In this document: piece after piece, positions 1-12,736 of the stretch
Layout: each line of letters starts with the position of its first letter
How positions within the stretch are numbered: position 1 is the first letter of the stretch
Source of the DNA: Lingula anatina
Lineage: Eukaryota; Animalia; Brachiopoda
Assembly: GCA_051362555.1 (NCBI GenBank)
Contig: CM120643.1
Span: 3,410,001-3,474,000 of the forward strand
Reading direction: 5' to 3'
DNA length: 64,000 nucleotides
Notes under the pieces: model-generated
The model's database searches: none
What the model was told of the DNA's origin: nothing
What the model saw: only the letters and a program-made list of their open reading frames with translations
Program-made: the position numbers and the translations under genes

Positions 1-1183
1 AATACAGCTTCAGTAGGCAATGCAGTCTGTTTGGTAAATTTTTCTGGCAATTAAACAGTTTTTTGTGAAAATGTAATTTTTCACATATTGGCATTTCCAA
101 GGTGTGACTTAGAACCTCCACGGGCTTGAAGACCCATGCTAGTCACATTTTCTGAAAATTCATGACACTTATATTTTATTATTAAAAATCGATGGTCATT
201 ATGCCGTTAAGCATTATGTAATGTTGCATCAAAATAGAAGAAAACACAATTTTGGGTGCTGCTGCCTTGATGACCATTATGGGAAAACTGTGTTACTTAT
301 GACTGTCAAACTTTCAAAAAAGAAACACAGGACTAAAATGCAGCCTGAGTTGGAAAAGCAGTCTAATTGGCTTCTTTTTCTGGAAGCTATACATTTTAGT
401 GTAATATTCATTATCTTTTTGGCATATTCATTGTGGGACTCAGAGCTCCCATGAACATGAAGCCGAATGGTAATCATATTTTCTACATGTCCATCCTATT
501 TATAGTCAATAAACAAAAATTGGTGATAATTATTCTCTAATTTATTATGTAATGTTACATCAAAATTGACAACAATCTTTTTGCACTGCTACTGCAAACA
601 TTATGAAAAGAAAACTGTGCTACTTATTATCATTTTTAACTTACAAGTACGATTTTTAGGATTGGCCTTCAGCTCATATGAGAAAATCAGCTCTATTGGA
701 TTATCATTTTTATTGAATTTATGCATTTTTTGTGAAATTTTCATTTTTCTCATTCTGGCACTTTCTAAGTATAAACTTGAACTCCGATGGGCCTGAAGCC
801 TTATGCTTTTAATTTCGTCTGTGTTACCTGTTGTGCATAAGTTGATGTTGACTGTGCAGTTAAACATAATGTATTATTGCATCAGGATTGGTAGTCTCCT
901 ATTTTGGGCATTATGGTTTTGTGCTTTTCTTAAAGTGTGACTTATGGGCCTAAAGACCTTTGAGTGGGTCAGTCTGTAAATTACCCTTGGGTATCACTAG
1001 ATTAATTTCAGAGTTATAAAGTCATTTGCCTTAATAGGCCATTAAATGAGATTACATAAAGCACACTTGTTGATATTTCCCTGTAAACTCCCAAAGGTAA
1101 AGCTCTCTGCTAGATTAATAATAAGGAAGCAGTGATAATTATGCAGGTAAATTTTGTTTAATATTGCAAATAAGTTTTAAATA

Positions 1184-1207
1184 ATATATATATATATATA
1201 TATATAT
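1184..1207. repeat. (TA)n microsatellite
   Basis: Run of TA dinucleotides seen directly. Confidence 0.9.
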
Positions 1208-1254
1208 CAAACTGGAAGATTAAAAGTTTGAATAGCATCTTCATTGGAATTATA

Positions 1255-1489
1255 TTTACCTCAAGCTCTGCCAAGGAGGTCATATTTTCACCCCCGTTTG
1301 TCTGTCATCCACATAACACAAAAAGTTATGGACTGATTTTGCAGAAATTTTCAGGAACTGTCGGAAGTGGGCCAAAGAGGACAATGATTAATTTTTGGTG
1401 GTGGTCTGGAACAATAATCAATCAATTATCAATAATAATCAACAATTGCTGCCTTGGCAGAGGTCTGCACTCTCAAAGTGCTTTTCTAG
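1255..1489 (+). mobile_element. Short Helentron/DINE-1-type non-autonomous element nested in the larger repeat
   Basis: 5' TTTACCTC..GCCAAGGAGG, a GTTTGTCTGTC microsatellite seed, and 3' inverted CCTTGGCAGAGG + hairpin GCACTCTCAAAGTGC + TTTTCTAG. Absent from the paralogous copy near 9950. Confidence 0.65.
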
Positions 1490-2271
1490 CTTTGTTATGT
1501 TTTCCTTTATAATTTTTTCTCAAACACTTGCATTTGTGACTTTTAACTCTCATCTGCCTGGGGCTCTGCACATTTTCTGTATTTCCACATAAGCAGTTGT
1601 ATTGTTTTTTATGTCTTTAAACATTATGTAATATTATTTTATGCACTGTCATCATTTTTCAAATATTGAGAGTTTCATAATGTGAATTTGAACTCTCATG
1701 GTCCTGAAACTGTAATTTTATTGAAGGGGTGGACCATCTTCTGGGTCTTCCTGAAGACAGTCAGGTTATTAAGTTTATATTGACTGGTATCTATTTTTTT
1801 CTGTTGGAAGACCATCAAAATGGAGGATGGATCAACATAGATACTTTGTAATACTGTCAGAAAATATCTCTGGGTCCGCTCCTGTTATTGACCATGTTAC
1901 CTGTTGTGCAAGATTAAAATTCAGTGTTGACTGACAGTGCTATTATAAGCATTATTTATTATTGCATCAAAATTGACAAAATGACCTTTTTTGCATCTTT
2001 ATTTTCTGTTTTTTGTCTGTACATTTGACAGCTTTACTGCCTTGTAAATAAATATACCGTTCTGGGTAATAAGAATATTGAAACTTTTTTAATTGCGAGA
2101 ATATTTTTTTACTAAATGATGATTTTATTATTATTGGAAATTAAGCTGCGATGTGTGGTACATATGCTGTGATTACGCTATCCTACATCTGTTGCGTTAG
2201 TCTACATTTTGCTGGGAATTTTAAAAATCTGTGCGTACAATTTTTAAAGTTCTGGGTACGCCCCTGGCATC

Positions 2272-5200
2272 TTAAATTAAACCAATAGCTTGGTCAGTTT
2301 CCATTGGTTCTTTTTCCCTCTGGGATGGCTTGTAAATGCAAGCCTGTATCTGATGTAGTGCAGGGTGGATTCTGGAAACAATGCTGCAGTGCACTGGCAC
2401 TTCACTTGTTGTGTCACTTGCTGAACCAACTAATATTCCAATGATAACCCTTTTTCCATTTTCCAATTCCACATACACTGCAGAACCAGAGTCTCCTTGT
2501 TGAGAAAATGTTGGTTTATCAAGAGTAGGGGTACTTAAAACTGTTATCATATTTGAAAGTGATTTAGTAACTGGAGGGACACCATCACTGAGGTTAGTAT
2601 AAAGGCAGTAATCATACGCGGAATTGACCACCCCAGTTGTCAGCCCCGTGGTTGTACCAAATTTGCGCACAAGTATAGGGTCCTGGAGACTACGTATATC
2701 TTCTATATCCACATCACTGAATGATGTTTGCTGTGATTGTATCGGAAACAAATTGGCTTCAGCATTTTTATTTAATTCCACAAGTGCAATGTCTACACCA
2801 TATGGACTATTTGAGCCAGACCCATTGTCAAGTTCAACATCACCTGCATAACATTTTCTAACAACCCCACATCTTTTCAAAGTGCAGCTGTTTTCAACAT
2901 AGACAGATCTGTTTTTTGCTGTTTCAGGACTGCTGCCATAAGGGCAAACTACATGGGAACATGTAACAAATGCCTGTGGCTTGGTTGATGCATGACCACC
3001 CCTGTGCTGATTAACAAATACCCCAAGGCTACCCTGGCTACTTTGTAAACCTACAGAACATCCAATATGTAACTGACTATGATCATTATCTCTGTTTCCT
3101 TCATTGTCAGCATTAAGAGAAAATGTCCCTTCCCTGACTTCAACTGGATACCCCTCAAGCTTTTCTGGAAAGTGTGCCATGTTTGTTATGTCACTGCAGT
3201 ATACTGCAATACAAGGCTTTTTCTCACCAGCGCCATCTGCTTGAATCCTTGAAATAGATATTCTTGAGATGTTGGGATATCTTTGTTGCAAGGAGACTGA
3301 ATGTTTCTGGATGGCTGCTCCCATTTCTTTCCTAATATCACGTGGAACAAGATCTCTTGTTATCTTTTCTAGGACTTCTTTGCTTATAAAGTCTGGAACT
3401 GTGAAAAGTGGTTTGGAAATGAAGCAAAATCAGATGTGAACTTTGTTTAGATGGCCAACAGTATATATTTTTGAGTACATGAATGAATAAGGTGACCAAA
3501 TGTGATCAAAAAGTTCTTTACAGAACTTATTTACTGCCAAATATTATTTACCTTTGCATTTAAGTAGCTTTTCTGCAGGTTTGGGCTTCTTACATGAAGC
3601 ACTTGTGTCTGCTGTATCTGACATGCTTTGTCCTGCTTGTCTAAAACAATAATAAAGATGATGTGGCAACAGACTTTGATAGTCTTTTAAGATGATAGAT
3701 GGCACAGCTAGTGGACATTTATTTATTTGGTCACCATACTGCCACAAAATAAGACCATTACATATTTGTGCTCATTGTGAACTTGGAAACGGTATTTACC
3801 AGAAATGTTTTAAAAAAAAGAATGTCAAGTTAGATTAGCTAAGGGTGCAGTCTACATGAAAACATTCTAAATCATAAAAGTTTTTTTATAAAATTGGCTG
3901 GACAACAACAGTGTTCTGTTTAATTTTGCTGCATAATGTATATGTCATAGAGAAGATTAGTTTTTTGTGGTCTTTCTTATCCAACCTTGAAGGCGATATT
4001 TTAATGCAGTTTGCTTTGATAAGATAAAATACAGACATTCTGTGTAAAATGCATGCATGATGATAATTATACTGATGTTAATCACATTGAGATGCACTTC
4101 TCTCTTGTTCAAAGGATGTAAAGAAAAGTATTTAAAATTATCCAATAGTTGACATTTTCCTGTTTGAGTATTTGAACAAACATGACAACCATGTCATGGT
4201 CTTGAAGCCTTAGTTGATGATTGATAAATTGTGGATACAGTTGCATTGTATGAAAATTGCTGTTTTTCAATGAAGATTTTATAAGCTATTTGCAAATAAT
4301 TGTTACCTTCTGTCCAATGAACTTGCCAATTCTGATCCTTCGCTGCTTGTGCTGCTGCTGCTGCTGCTTCCATCTGTAAAAAACAAAAGAAGCTATCCTG
4401 CTCAGGGAAATGTATATGATGATAACTATTAATGTGTATAATACTTTATTCTATTTCTAGGCTTACAATTTTTAAGTAAGGTTTTACATTTTTATGAGGA
4501 TTTCTGCTGGGTACTGGCTAGATCAGATGAGTGGTGAACTGTTTAGAAAGTTACCTGTTAGTCTAAATTATCTATACAATACCATGTAATAGCAGTGATA
4601 TTCTGGTGAAAAGAGAGCACCATTACAAATTGAAAAGTATGATCTGTTTGAAGCATAGTAGATGCAAAAGATATAATTATGTGCCATTTACCATCTATTC
4701 CTTTGTATTGTTTTCCCCTCTCCTCCAATCCCTTGAACCCCTTCATTGATGCAAAGTAGTGGTGTATGTCTTCTTTCCCCATCTGATCCTTCATTGGTGA
4801 TGGCACAACGTAATTTCCTTTCAGGCTGAGATGATCCAAATGTTTAAGATCCATGAGCTGATGTGGAAGATGAGTGATTCTGTTATGTGATATGTCCAGG
4901 TGCAGTAGTGATTGAATTTTGCATATGTCTTCAGGGACGTGTGTAAAATTATTATGTCGAAGTTCCAGATTTGTGAGTTTGGTCATTTTGATGACATCAG
5001 GATGTACACTTGAGATTTTGTTCCAATTCATTCCCAGTATCTTAAGCTCTGGAATGTTGCATACTTCAGCTGGAAAATCTGTAAACTGGTTTTCACTAAG
5101 TTCCAGATTTGTGAGTTTGGTCATTTTGATGACATCAGGATGTACACTTGAGATTTTGTTCCAATTCATTCCCAGTATCTTAAGCTCTGGAATGTTGCAT

Positions 5201-6456
5201 ACTTCAGCTGGAAAATCTGTAAACTGGTTTTCACTAAGTTCCAGATTTGTGAGTTTGGTCATTTTGATGACATCAGGATGTACACTTGAGATTTTGTTCC
5301 TATTCATTCCCAGTATCTTAAGCTCTGGAATGTTGCATACTTCAGCTGGAAAATCTGTGAACTCATTGCAACCAAGGTCAAGTTTTGTGAGTTTGGTCAT
5401 GTTTATGACATCAGGATGTACACTTGAGATTTTGTTCCAATTCATTTTCAGTGTTTCAAGCTCTGAAATGTGGCATACTTCAGCTGGAAAATCTGTGAAC
5501 TGGTTTTGATCAAGGTCCAGATTTGTGAGTTTGGTCATTTTGATGACATCAGGATGTACACTTGAGATTTTGTTCCTATTCATTCCCAGTATCTTAAGCT
5601 CTGGAATGTTGCATACTTCAGCTGGAAAATCTGTAAACTGGTTTTTATCAAGGTCCAGATTTGTGAGTTTGGTCATTTTGATGACATCAGGATGTACACT
5701 TGAGATTTTGTTCCTATTCATTCCCAGTATCTTAAGCTCTGGAATGTTGCATACTCCTGCTGGAAAATCTGTAAACTCATTGCAACCAAGGTCAAGTTTT
5801 GTGAGTTTGGTCATTTTGATGACATCAGGATGTACACTGGAGATTTTGTTCTGATACATTCTCAGTGTCTCAAGCTCTGAAATGTGGCATACTTCAGCTG
5901 GAAAATCTGTGAACTGGTTTCCACCAAGGTCCAGATTTCTGAGTTTGGTCATTTTTGTGACATCAGGATGTACACTGGAGATTTTGTTCTGATAAATATT
6001 CAGTGTCTCAAGCTCTGGAATGTGGCATACTTCAGCTGGAAAATCTATGAACTGGTTTGAACCGAGATCCAAGAACATAAGATTGGTCAACTTGTTGACA
6101 TCTGGGTGAAGACTGGTGAGTTTGTTGTTCCTTATATTCAGTTCTTTTAATTCTGGCAAAGAACAAATTTGAGTTGGAAACTCTTTGAAATCATTATGCC
6201 CAAGGTCAAACTTCCTCAGATGTTTTAGCTGCGAAATAGAGTCAGGGAGATGTGTTAGATGATTCCATGATAAATATAAGTACTGTAGATTACTGCAGCT
6301 ACTAATACTGGATGGTAGACTAGTCATCTGTCTGGACTGCAGCCACAGATCTGTCAATTGGTTCATTTCCTGCCATGATGGCTCAGTTTTTTTCCCCTTT
6401 TCCAATTCTTGGAGAATAAGAAGTACATCTTTTCTTTCCCTTTCTTTATAAGCCAT
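2272..6456 (-). CDS. LRR + Nal1-like trypsin-fold serine protease fusion, 4 coding exons (6456-4692, 4373-4307, 3640-3552, 3398-2272), ~1015 aa
   Basis: All three introns are GT-AG with matching phases (1,2,1); exon sum 3048 nt = 1016 codons with no internal stop. Exon 1: 23 LRRs of 23 aa (LxxLxLxxN) plus a PSP..G..IHHYF cap. Exon 4: PEKLEGYPVEVREG pre-protease motif and triad motifs VTCSHV (His), VDIALVEL (Asp), GDSGS (Ser). No signal peptide or TM segment seen. Confidence 0.85.
4961..6064. repeat. Coding tandem repeat: ~8 near-identical 138-bp units, each encoding two LRRs (46 aa)
   Basis: Unit starts at 4961, 5099, 5237, 5375, 5513, 5651, 5789, 5927 (period 138). Confidence 0.95.
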
Positions 6457-7434
6457 TGTTCAAATTTTTATCTTCAACAAGTCTACTCCAATGTATATTT
6501 TCATAAATTTGAATTAAGAAGACCTTGTTCCAGTGGCTACGCTGTAGTATTATGTGTCCTCTTTGAAGGTATCTTCTCTGTGTTGAGTCTTGTCCCACCA
6601 ATAAATTTTCTAAGCTCTTTGGTATAAAAACTGTGATTGAGTTTTTAGCAGGCAGAGCATATATAAACTATATGGATTATATTATCACTGCTAAGTTCTA
6701 ATGTCAATTCATCTTTGCAAAATAATGCAATAAATCCTGTTTTTGTTGCATGCATGAGACTTGCTTTGAATTTGAAAAGTTAGGGACAATATTTGCATGA
6801 TGTTCATGTGCAGTCAATTTTTGTTATCAGCTCTCAGTAACAGGAATTAATACATTGCATTTTATTAGCAATGCCGGGATTTATGATATTTTATATTATT
6901 ATGGTGGACAAAAATTGCAAAATTATTATTATACATAATGATCATACTTAGAAATATATGTTCTCTGGTATGTTTCTTAAAAACACCTGTTTCTACCAAA
7001 CTATGGATGGTGTTATGTCAATTTAGTATCAGATATTAATGGTTGACTGCATACTAGTATGTAAGACATTTATGTTCTTTATTCACAAGTGATTATATCG
7101 TTTCCCTAAAAAGAATAGTTGTATATCACCTGTCTAAATTTAACAGCACATACCCCTGTATATGGACATTCATGTGAATTAACTGTATTTTTTCCTTTTG
7201 ATCCTATACTTACTATTAGTAAGCTATCTTGATATTTACTTACTTAAATCATTTCAATATTCTTGTTCTACATGTAGTACTGAGTATAGAATTATTTCTG
7301 TAAATGTGCTGTTTATTTATGTGCTTATGAATCTATGTAATCGAGTGGGAAGAAGTTAAACATTTACAAATTGAAATATGTATGTGAAGGTGCATATCAA
7401 TAAAGAAATATGATTTTACGTGTATAAAGCTTCA

Positions 7435-10400
7435 TTTTTATGTACAGACACAGATGTGTCTGTACATATAGCCATCATCTGCGTCTGTCGTCGCCGTCGT
7501 CGCCGTCGCCATGCACTTTTACCGATAACACGATAAGTGGAAAACCATTTTGCCTTTTGATTTGAAACTTGCAGAACTGATGAATATTTATAATACGCAG
7601 GTCAAGTTCGAAAATCAGCATGATCGGGTCACTCTTAGGGAATTTATGCTGTTTTTTCACTTTTTTCAACATATATACAGCACCGATAACACGATAAGTG
7701 GAAAACCATTGTACCTTTTGACTTGAAACTTACAGAACTGATGAATATTCGTAATATGCAGGACAAGTTCGAAAATCAGCATGATTGGGCCATTTTTAGG
7801 GAATTTATGCTGTTTTTTCACTTTTTCAGCATATATGCAGCACCGATAACACAGTAAGTGGAAAACCATTTTACCTTTTGGCTTGAAACTTACAGAACTG
7901 ATGAAAATTCTTAATACGCAGGTCAAGTTCGAAAATCAGCATGATTGGGCCATTTTTAGGGCATTTATGCTGTTTTTTCACTTTTCAATATAAATGCAAC
8001 ACTGATAACACAATATAAGAAAAACGGATTGGCCAATTGGCATTATATTCACAGGAGTGGTCAATCTTACTAAAATGCAGGTTGAGTTCGAAAATCAGCA
8101 TAATCGGGCCATTATTTTAGAAGTTATACTGTTTTTTCACATTTCCTCAGATTCAATTATTAGGCATGTTAACAGTCTCATTATTGAACTAATTAGATGC
8201 GTAAAAGTGTTTGTTTGATATTTCCTGCATCTTTACAACATTGTTAGTTGATTATGTAAAAAAACATGGTAAACTTGTTATCATGTATTGTGTTATAAAG
8301 TGTCAAAAATGGAAACAAACTCATATCATTGCAGTTTGTCAGATTCAATCATCCACTATGTTCAGAATCTCAGAATGGAGGAAATTGGACATTTAACACT
8401 GTTCTATCGATACTTTTCCCATCTCATCAATTTTCTTAGTTGGTCATATAAAAATGGCAGTAAAATGTTTATTTTGTTTTATGTTAAAAAAGTGTTAAAA
8501 TGGAAATAAACCCATTTCAGGACAGTGCTGTCTTGTTTACATTTTGGCATTTTCAAGATGTGACTTTGAAGTTCCATGGGCCTGAAGACCTTTGCTTGTC
8601 ATGTTTTCTGAATGTCCATGTTACTAATATTTTATTAATAACATTTGATGGTTATTATGCTGTTAAACATTATGTAACGTTGCATCAAAATTTGAAGAAA
8701 CCCCTATTTAGGGCACTGCTCCTATGATGACCATTTAAGGGAAAACATGTCACTTGCTGTTCTCAAACTTACAAGAAAGAAACATGGGTCTAACATACAG
8801 CCTCAGTAGGCAATGCAGTCTGTTTGGTAAATTTTTCTGGCAATTTAACAGTTTTTTGTGAAAATTTAATTTTTCACTTATTGACATTTTCAAGGTGCGA
8901 CTTAGAACCTCCACAGGCTTGAAGACCCTTGCTAGTCACATTTTCTGAAAATCCATGACACGTATATTTTATCATTTAAAATTGATGGTCATTATGCTGT
9001 TAAGCATTATGTAATGTTGCATCAAAATAGAAGAAAACACAATATTTGGTGCTGCTGCCATGATGACCATTATGGGAAAACGGTGTTACTTATTACTGTC
9101 AAACTTTCAAAAAAGAAACACAGGACTAAAATGCAGCCCGAGTTGGAAAAGCAGTCTAATTGGCTTCTTTTTCTGGAAGTTATACACTTAGTGAAATATT
9201 CATTATCTTTTTGGCATATTCATTGTGGGACTCAGAGCTCCCATGGACATGAAGCCTAATGGTAATCAAATTTTCTACATGTCCATGCTATTTATAGTCA
9301 ATAATCAAAAATTGGTGATAATTATTCTATAATTTATTATGTAATGTTACATCAAAATTGACAATAATCTTTTTGCACTGCTACTGCAAACATTATGAAA
9401 AGAAAACTGTGTTACTTATTATTATATTTAACTTATAAGTACGATTTTTAGGATTGGCATGCAGTTCAAATTAGAAAGCCAGGTCAATTGGGTCATCATT
9501 TTTATTAAATTTATGCATTTTTTGTGAAATTTTCATTTTTCTCATTCTGGCACTTTCTAATTGAAAACTTGAACTCTGATGGGCCTGGAGCCTTATGCTT
9601 TTACTTTCATCAGCGTTACCTGTTGTGCATAATTAAAATTTTATGTTGACTGTGCAGTTAAACATAATGTATTATTGCATCAGAATTGGGCAGTCTCCGG
9701 TTTTTGTGCATTATTGTTTTCTGCTTTTCTTAAGGTGTGACTTATGGGCCTGAAGACCTTTGATAGACAAATTTGTGTGGTCAGTCTGTTAATTCCCCTT
9801 GGGTATTCACAAGGCTAATTTCAGTGCTATAAACTCATTTACCTAATTAAGTAGCCATTAATTGAAATTTCATAAAGCACACTTGTTGATATTTCCCTGT
9901 TAAGCTCTCTGCTAGATAACATAGTGTCCATAATAAGGAAGCAGTGAATAACAGCTTCATTAGAATTATATTTTTGTTGTTTCTATTTAATTTTTTCTCC
10001 AACACTGGCATTTTTAAGATGTGATTTTTAACTCCCATCCACCTGAGGCTGTGCACATTTTCAGTATTTCCACATAAGCAGCTGTATTGGTATTTATGTC
10101 TTTAAACACTATGTAATATTATTTTATGCACTGTCATCATTTTTCATATATAGGGACTTTCATCATGTGAATTTTAACTCTCATGGTCCTGACATTGTAA
10201 TCTTATTGAAAGGGTGGATTAAGACCATCTTCTGGGTCTCCTGAAAGACAGTCAGATTTTAAAGTTTATATTTACGGGTTTCTGTTGGAAGACTATCAAA
10301 ATGGAGGATGGATCAACAAAGATACTTTGGAATACTGTCAGAAAATATCTCTGAATCTGCTCCTGTTATTGACCATGTTACCTGTTGTGCATGATTAAAA

Positions 10401-10524
10401 ATCAGTGTTGACTGACTGTGCTATTATAAGCATTTATTATTGCATCAAAATTGACATAATGACCTATTTTGCATCTTTTTTTTCTGTTTTTTGTCTGTAC
10501 ATTTGACAGCTTTGCTGCCTTGTT
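7435..10524 (+). mobile_element. Helentron-associated non-autonomous element (HINE-like), copy 2, apparently full length (~3.1 kb)
   Basis: 5': T-run, palindrome TGTACAGACACA-GA-TGTGTCTGTACA (7441-7466), then a CGTCTGTCGTCGCCGTCG microsatellite. Central tandem repeats. 3': TGTCTGTACAT sub-TIR + GACAGCTTTGCTGCC hairpin + TTGTT. Confidence 0.75.
7521..8150. repeat. ~160-bp central tandem repeat (about 4 units) inside HINE copy 2
   Basis: ACCGATAACACGATAAGTGGAAAACC-type starts at 7521, 7682, 7842 and 8001. Confidence 0.9.
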
Positions 10525-12736
10525 CACTTTTTTCAGCATATTTGCAGCACCGATAACACGATAAGTGGAAAACCATTTTACCTTTTGACTTGAAACTTAC
10601 AGAACTGGCCCCCGTTTCACAAAGAATCTTAAATCCGTAGACGTCTTACTCGAGCTGGGTGGCCTAGCTAGGTCGACTTAGCTGAAGTCGACTTGGAGTG
10701 TTTCACAAAGAATCTAACGTCTTAGCTTGGCGTGCTTACCGTAGTCGACGCGCACGAGAAACTCTTCAAGAAAAGGAGGTGTAAAATTGCAAAAGTTTCA
10801 CAAGACATGACGTTTCATGGCCTCTTTCGGCCGAGAACGATCGTTCATCAACGATAAAAGTCAGCCAAAACACAAAGTTTGTTTTTGAACTTTATTGATT
10901 AGTTTAACTTCAATACAACTTCAAAGCAACAGTTAAACATAAGCTTGTCGTGGAACACTACTGAGGGACGTCTAGCGGTCAAAAACATAAACAAACACGC
11001 GATCGGCTGGGTTAAGTGGAATTTTATTTTTTATTTCAATATTCCATAAATGTCAGTGCTATTCAAGGATATTATAACATGTAACACAATATTTTGAAGG
11101 AGGTATGTTCTTTCCAAATTTTTGTTGTTTATGCTCTCATTTACAGAGTTTTAGTTGAGCTTGCCGACTTAAGTCTCCTCCCGAGGAGGCTTGACATCGT
11201 CGACTTACAGCTAAGAAAAAAACGACGTAAGCGACCTTTTAGATTCTTTGTGAAACGGGACTTAGTGACGTAACGACTTAATTACGTTGGTAACCAAGCC
11301 CTAAAAAGTCAGGGAAACCGACTTAAGTTTTTTTGTGAAACGGGGGCCAGATGAATATTCATAATACGCAGGTCAAGTTCGAAAATCAGCATGATTGGGC
11401 CATTTTTAGGGAATTTATGCTGTTTTTTCACTATTTTCAATATAAATACAACACTGATAACACAATATAAGAAAAACGGATTGGCCAATTGTAACTATAC
11501 TCACAGGAGTGGTCAATCTTACTAAAACGCAGGTTGAGTTCGAAAATCAGCATAATCGGGCCATTATTTTAGAAGTTGTTTTTCACATTTCCTCAGCTTC
11601 AATTATTAGGCATGTTAGCAGTCTCATTATTTAACTAATAAGATGCCTAAAAGTGTTTGTTTGATATTTCCTGCATCTTTACAACATTGTTAGTTGATTA
11701 TGTAAAAAACATGGTAAACTTGTCATCATGTATTGTGTAATAAAGTGTCAAAAATGGAAATAAACTCATATCATTGCAGTTTGTCAGATTCAATCATCCA
11801 CTATGTTCAGAAACTCAGAATGGAGTAAATTGGACATTTAACACTGTTCTATTGATACTTTTCCCATCTCATCAATTTTCTTAGTTGGTCATATAAAATG
11901 GCAGTAAAATGTTTATTTTGTTTTATGTTAAAAAAGTGTTAAAAATGGAAATAAACCCATTTCAGAACAGTGCTGTCTTGTTTACATTTTGGCATTTTCA
12001 AGGAGTGACTTTGAAGTTCCATGGGCCTGAAGACCTTTGCTAGTCACATTTTCTGAATATCTGTGAAACAAATATTTTATAATTAAAAATTGATGGTCAT
12101 TAAGCTGTTAAACATTATGTAATATTGCATCAAAATTTGAAGAAACCCCTATTTTGGGCACTGCTTCCATGATGACCATTTAAGGAAAATCATGTCACTT
12201 ACTGTTCTCAAACTTACAGGAAAGAAACATGGGACTAAAATACAGCTTCAGTAGGCAATGCAGTCTGTTTGGTATTTTTATTTATTTATTTTTTTTTTTT
12301 GGCAGTTAAACAGTTTTTTGTGAAAATTTAATTTTTCACATATTGGCATTTTCAAGGTGTGACTTTAAAGTTCCATGATCTTGAAGACTTTTGCTTGTCA
12401 CATTTTCTGAATGTCCATGTTACTAATATTTTATTAATAACATATGATTGTCATTATGCTGTTAAACATTATGTAATGTTGCATCAAAATTTGAAGAAAC
12501 CCCTATTTTGGGCACTGCTCCTATGCTGACCATTTAAGGGAAATCATGTCACTTACTGTTCTCAAACTTACAGGAAAGAAACATGGGTCTAACATACAGC
12601 TTCAATAGGCCACGCAGTCTGTTTGGTAAATTTTTCTGGCAATTTAACAGTTTTTTGTGAAAATTTAATTTTTCACTTATTTGCATCTTTATTTTCTGTT
12701 CTTTGTCTGTACATTTGACAGCTTTGCTGCCTTGTT
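10525..12736 (+). mobile_element. HINE-like copy 3: 5'-truncated, internally deleted, joined head-to-tail to copy 2
   Basis: Begins inside a 160-bp unit immediately after the 3' end of copy 2, matches ~7820-8880, and ends with the same sub-TIR + hairpin + TTGTT. Confidence 0.7.
10608..11347. mobile_element. MITE (~740 bp), PIF/Harbinger-like
   Basis: TIR GCCCCCGTTTCACAAA...TTTGTGAAACGGGGGC with internal repeats of TTTCACAAAGAATCT. Interrupts CAGAACTG|ATGAATATT, which is intact in sister units. Flanks CTG/CAG (CWG-type target, one mismatch). Confidence 0.85.

Larger units (their letters stand above)
1..2045 (+). mobile_element. Helentron-associated non-autonomous element (HINE/DINE-1-like), copy 1; 3' part only, runs off the left edge
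   Basis: Colinear with 8794-10524. Ends in sub-terminal repeat TGTCTGTACAT + short hairpin GACAGCTTTACTGCC + TTGT, the same end as at 10524, 12736 and (inverted) 15043. Interior is degenerate ~330-350 bp tandem units. Confidence 0.7.

Noticed and set aside
4558-4691. Hydrophobic C-terminal tail of the 632-aa LRR ORF, suggesting a membrane anchor
   Set aside because: Lies past the G|GTAAAT donor at 4691; best explained as intron read-through, since the downstream exons join in phase.
4919-5854. Plus-strand ORFs of 196 and 109 aa with repeated sequence
   Set aside because: Antisense shadows of the LRR cassette array.
221-9259. Near-identical short ORFs at 221-454 and 9014-9259 (MLHQNRRKHN...)
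   Set aside because: Chance ORFs in two copies of the same non-coding repeat; their frames diverge at an indel.
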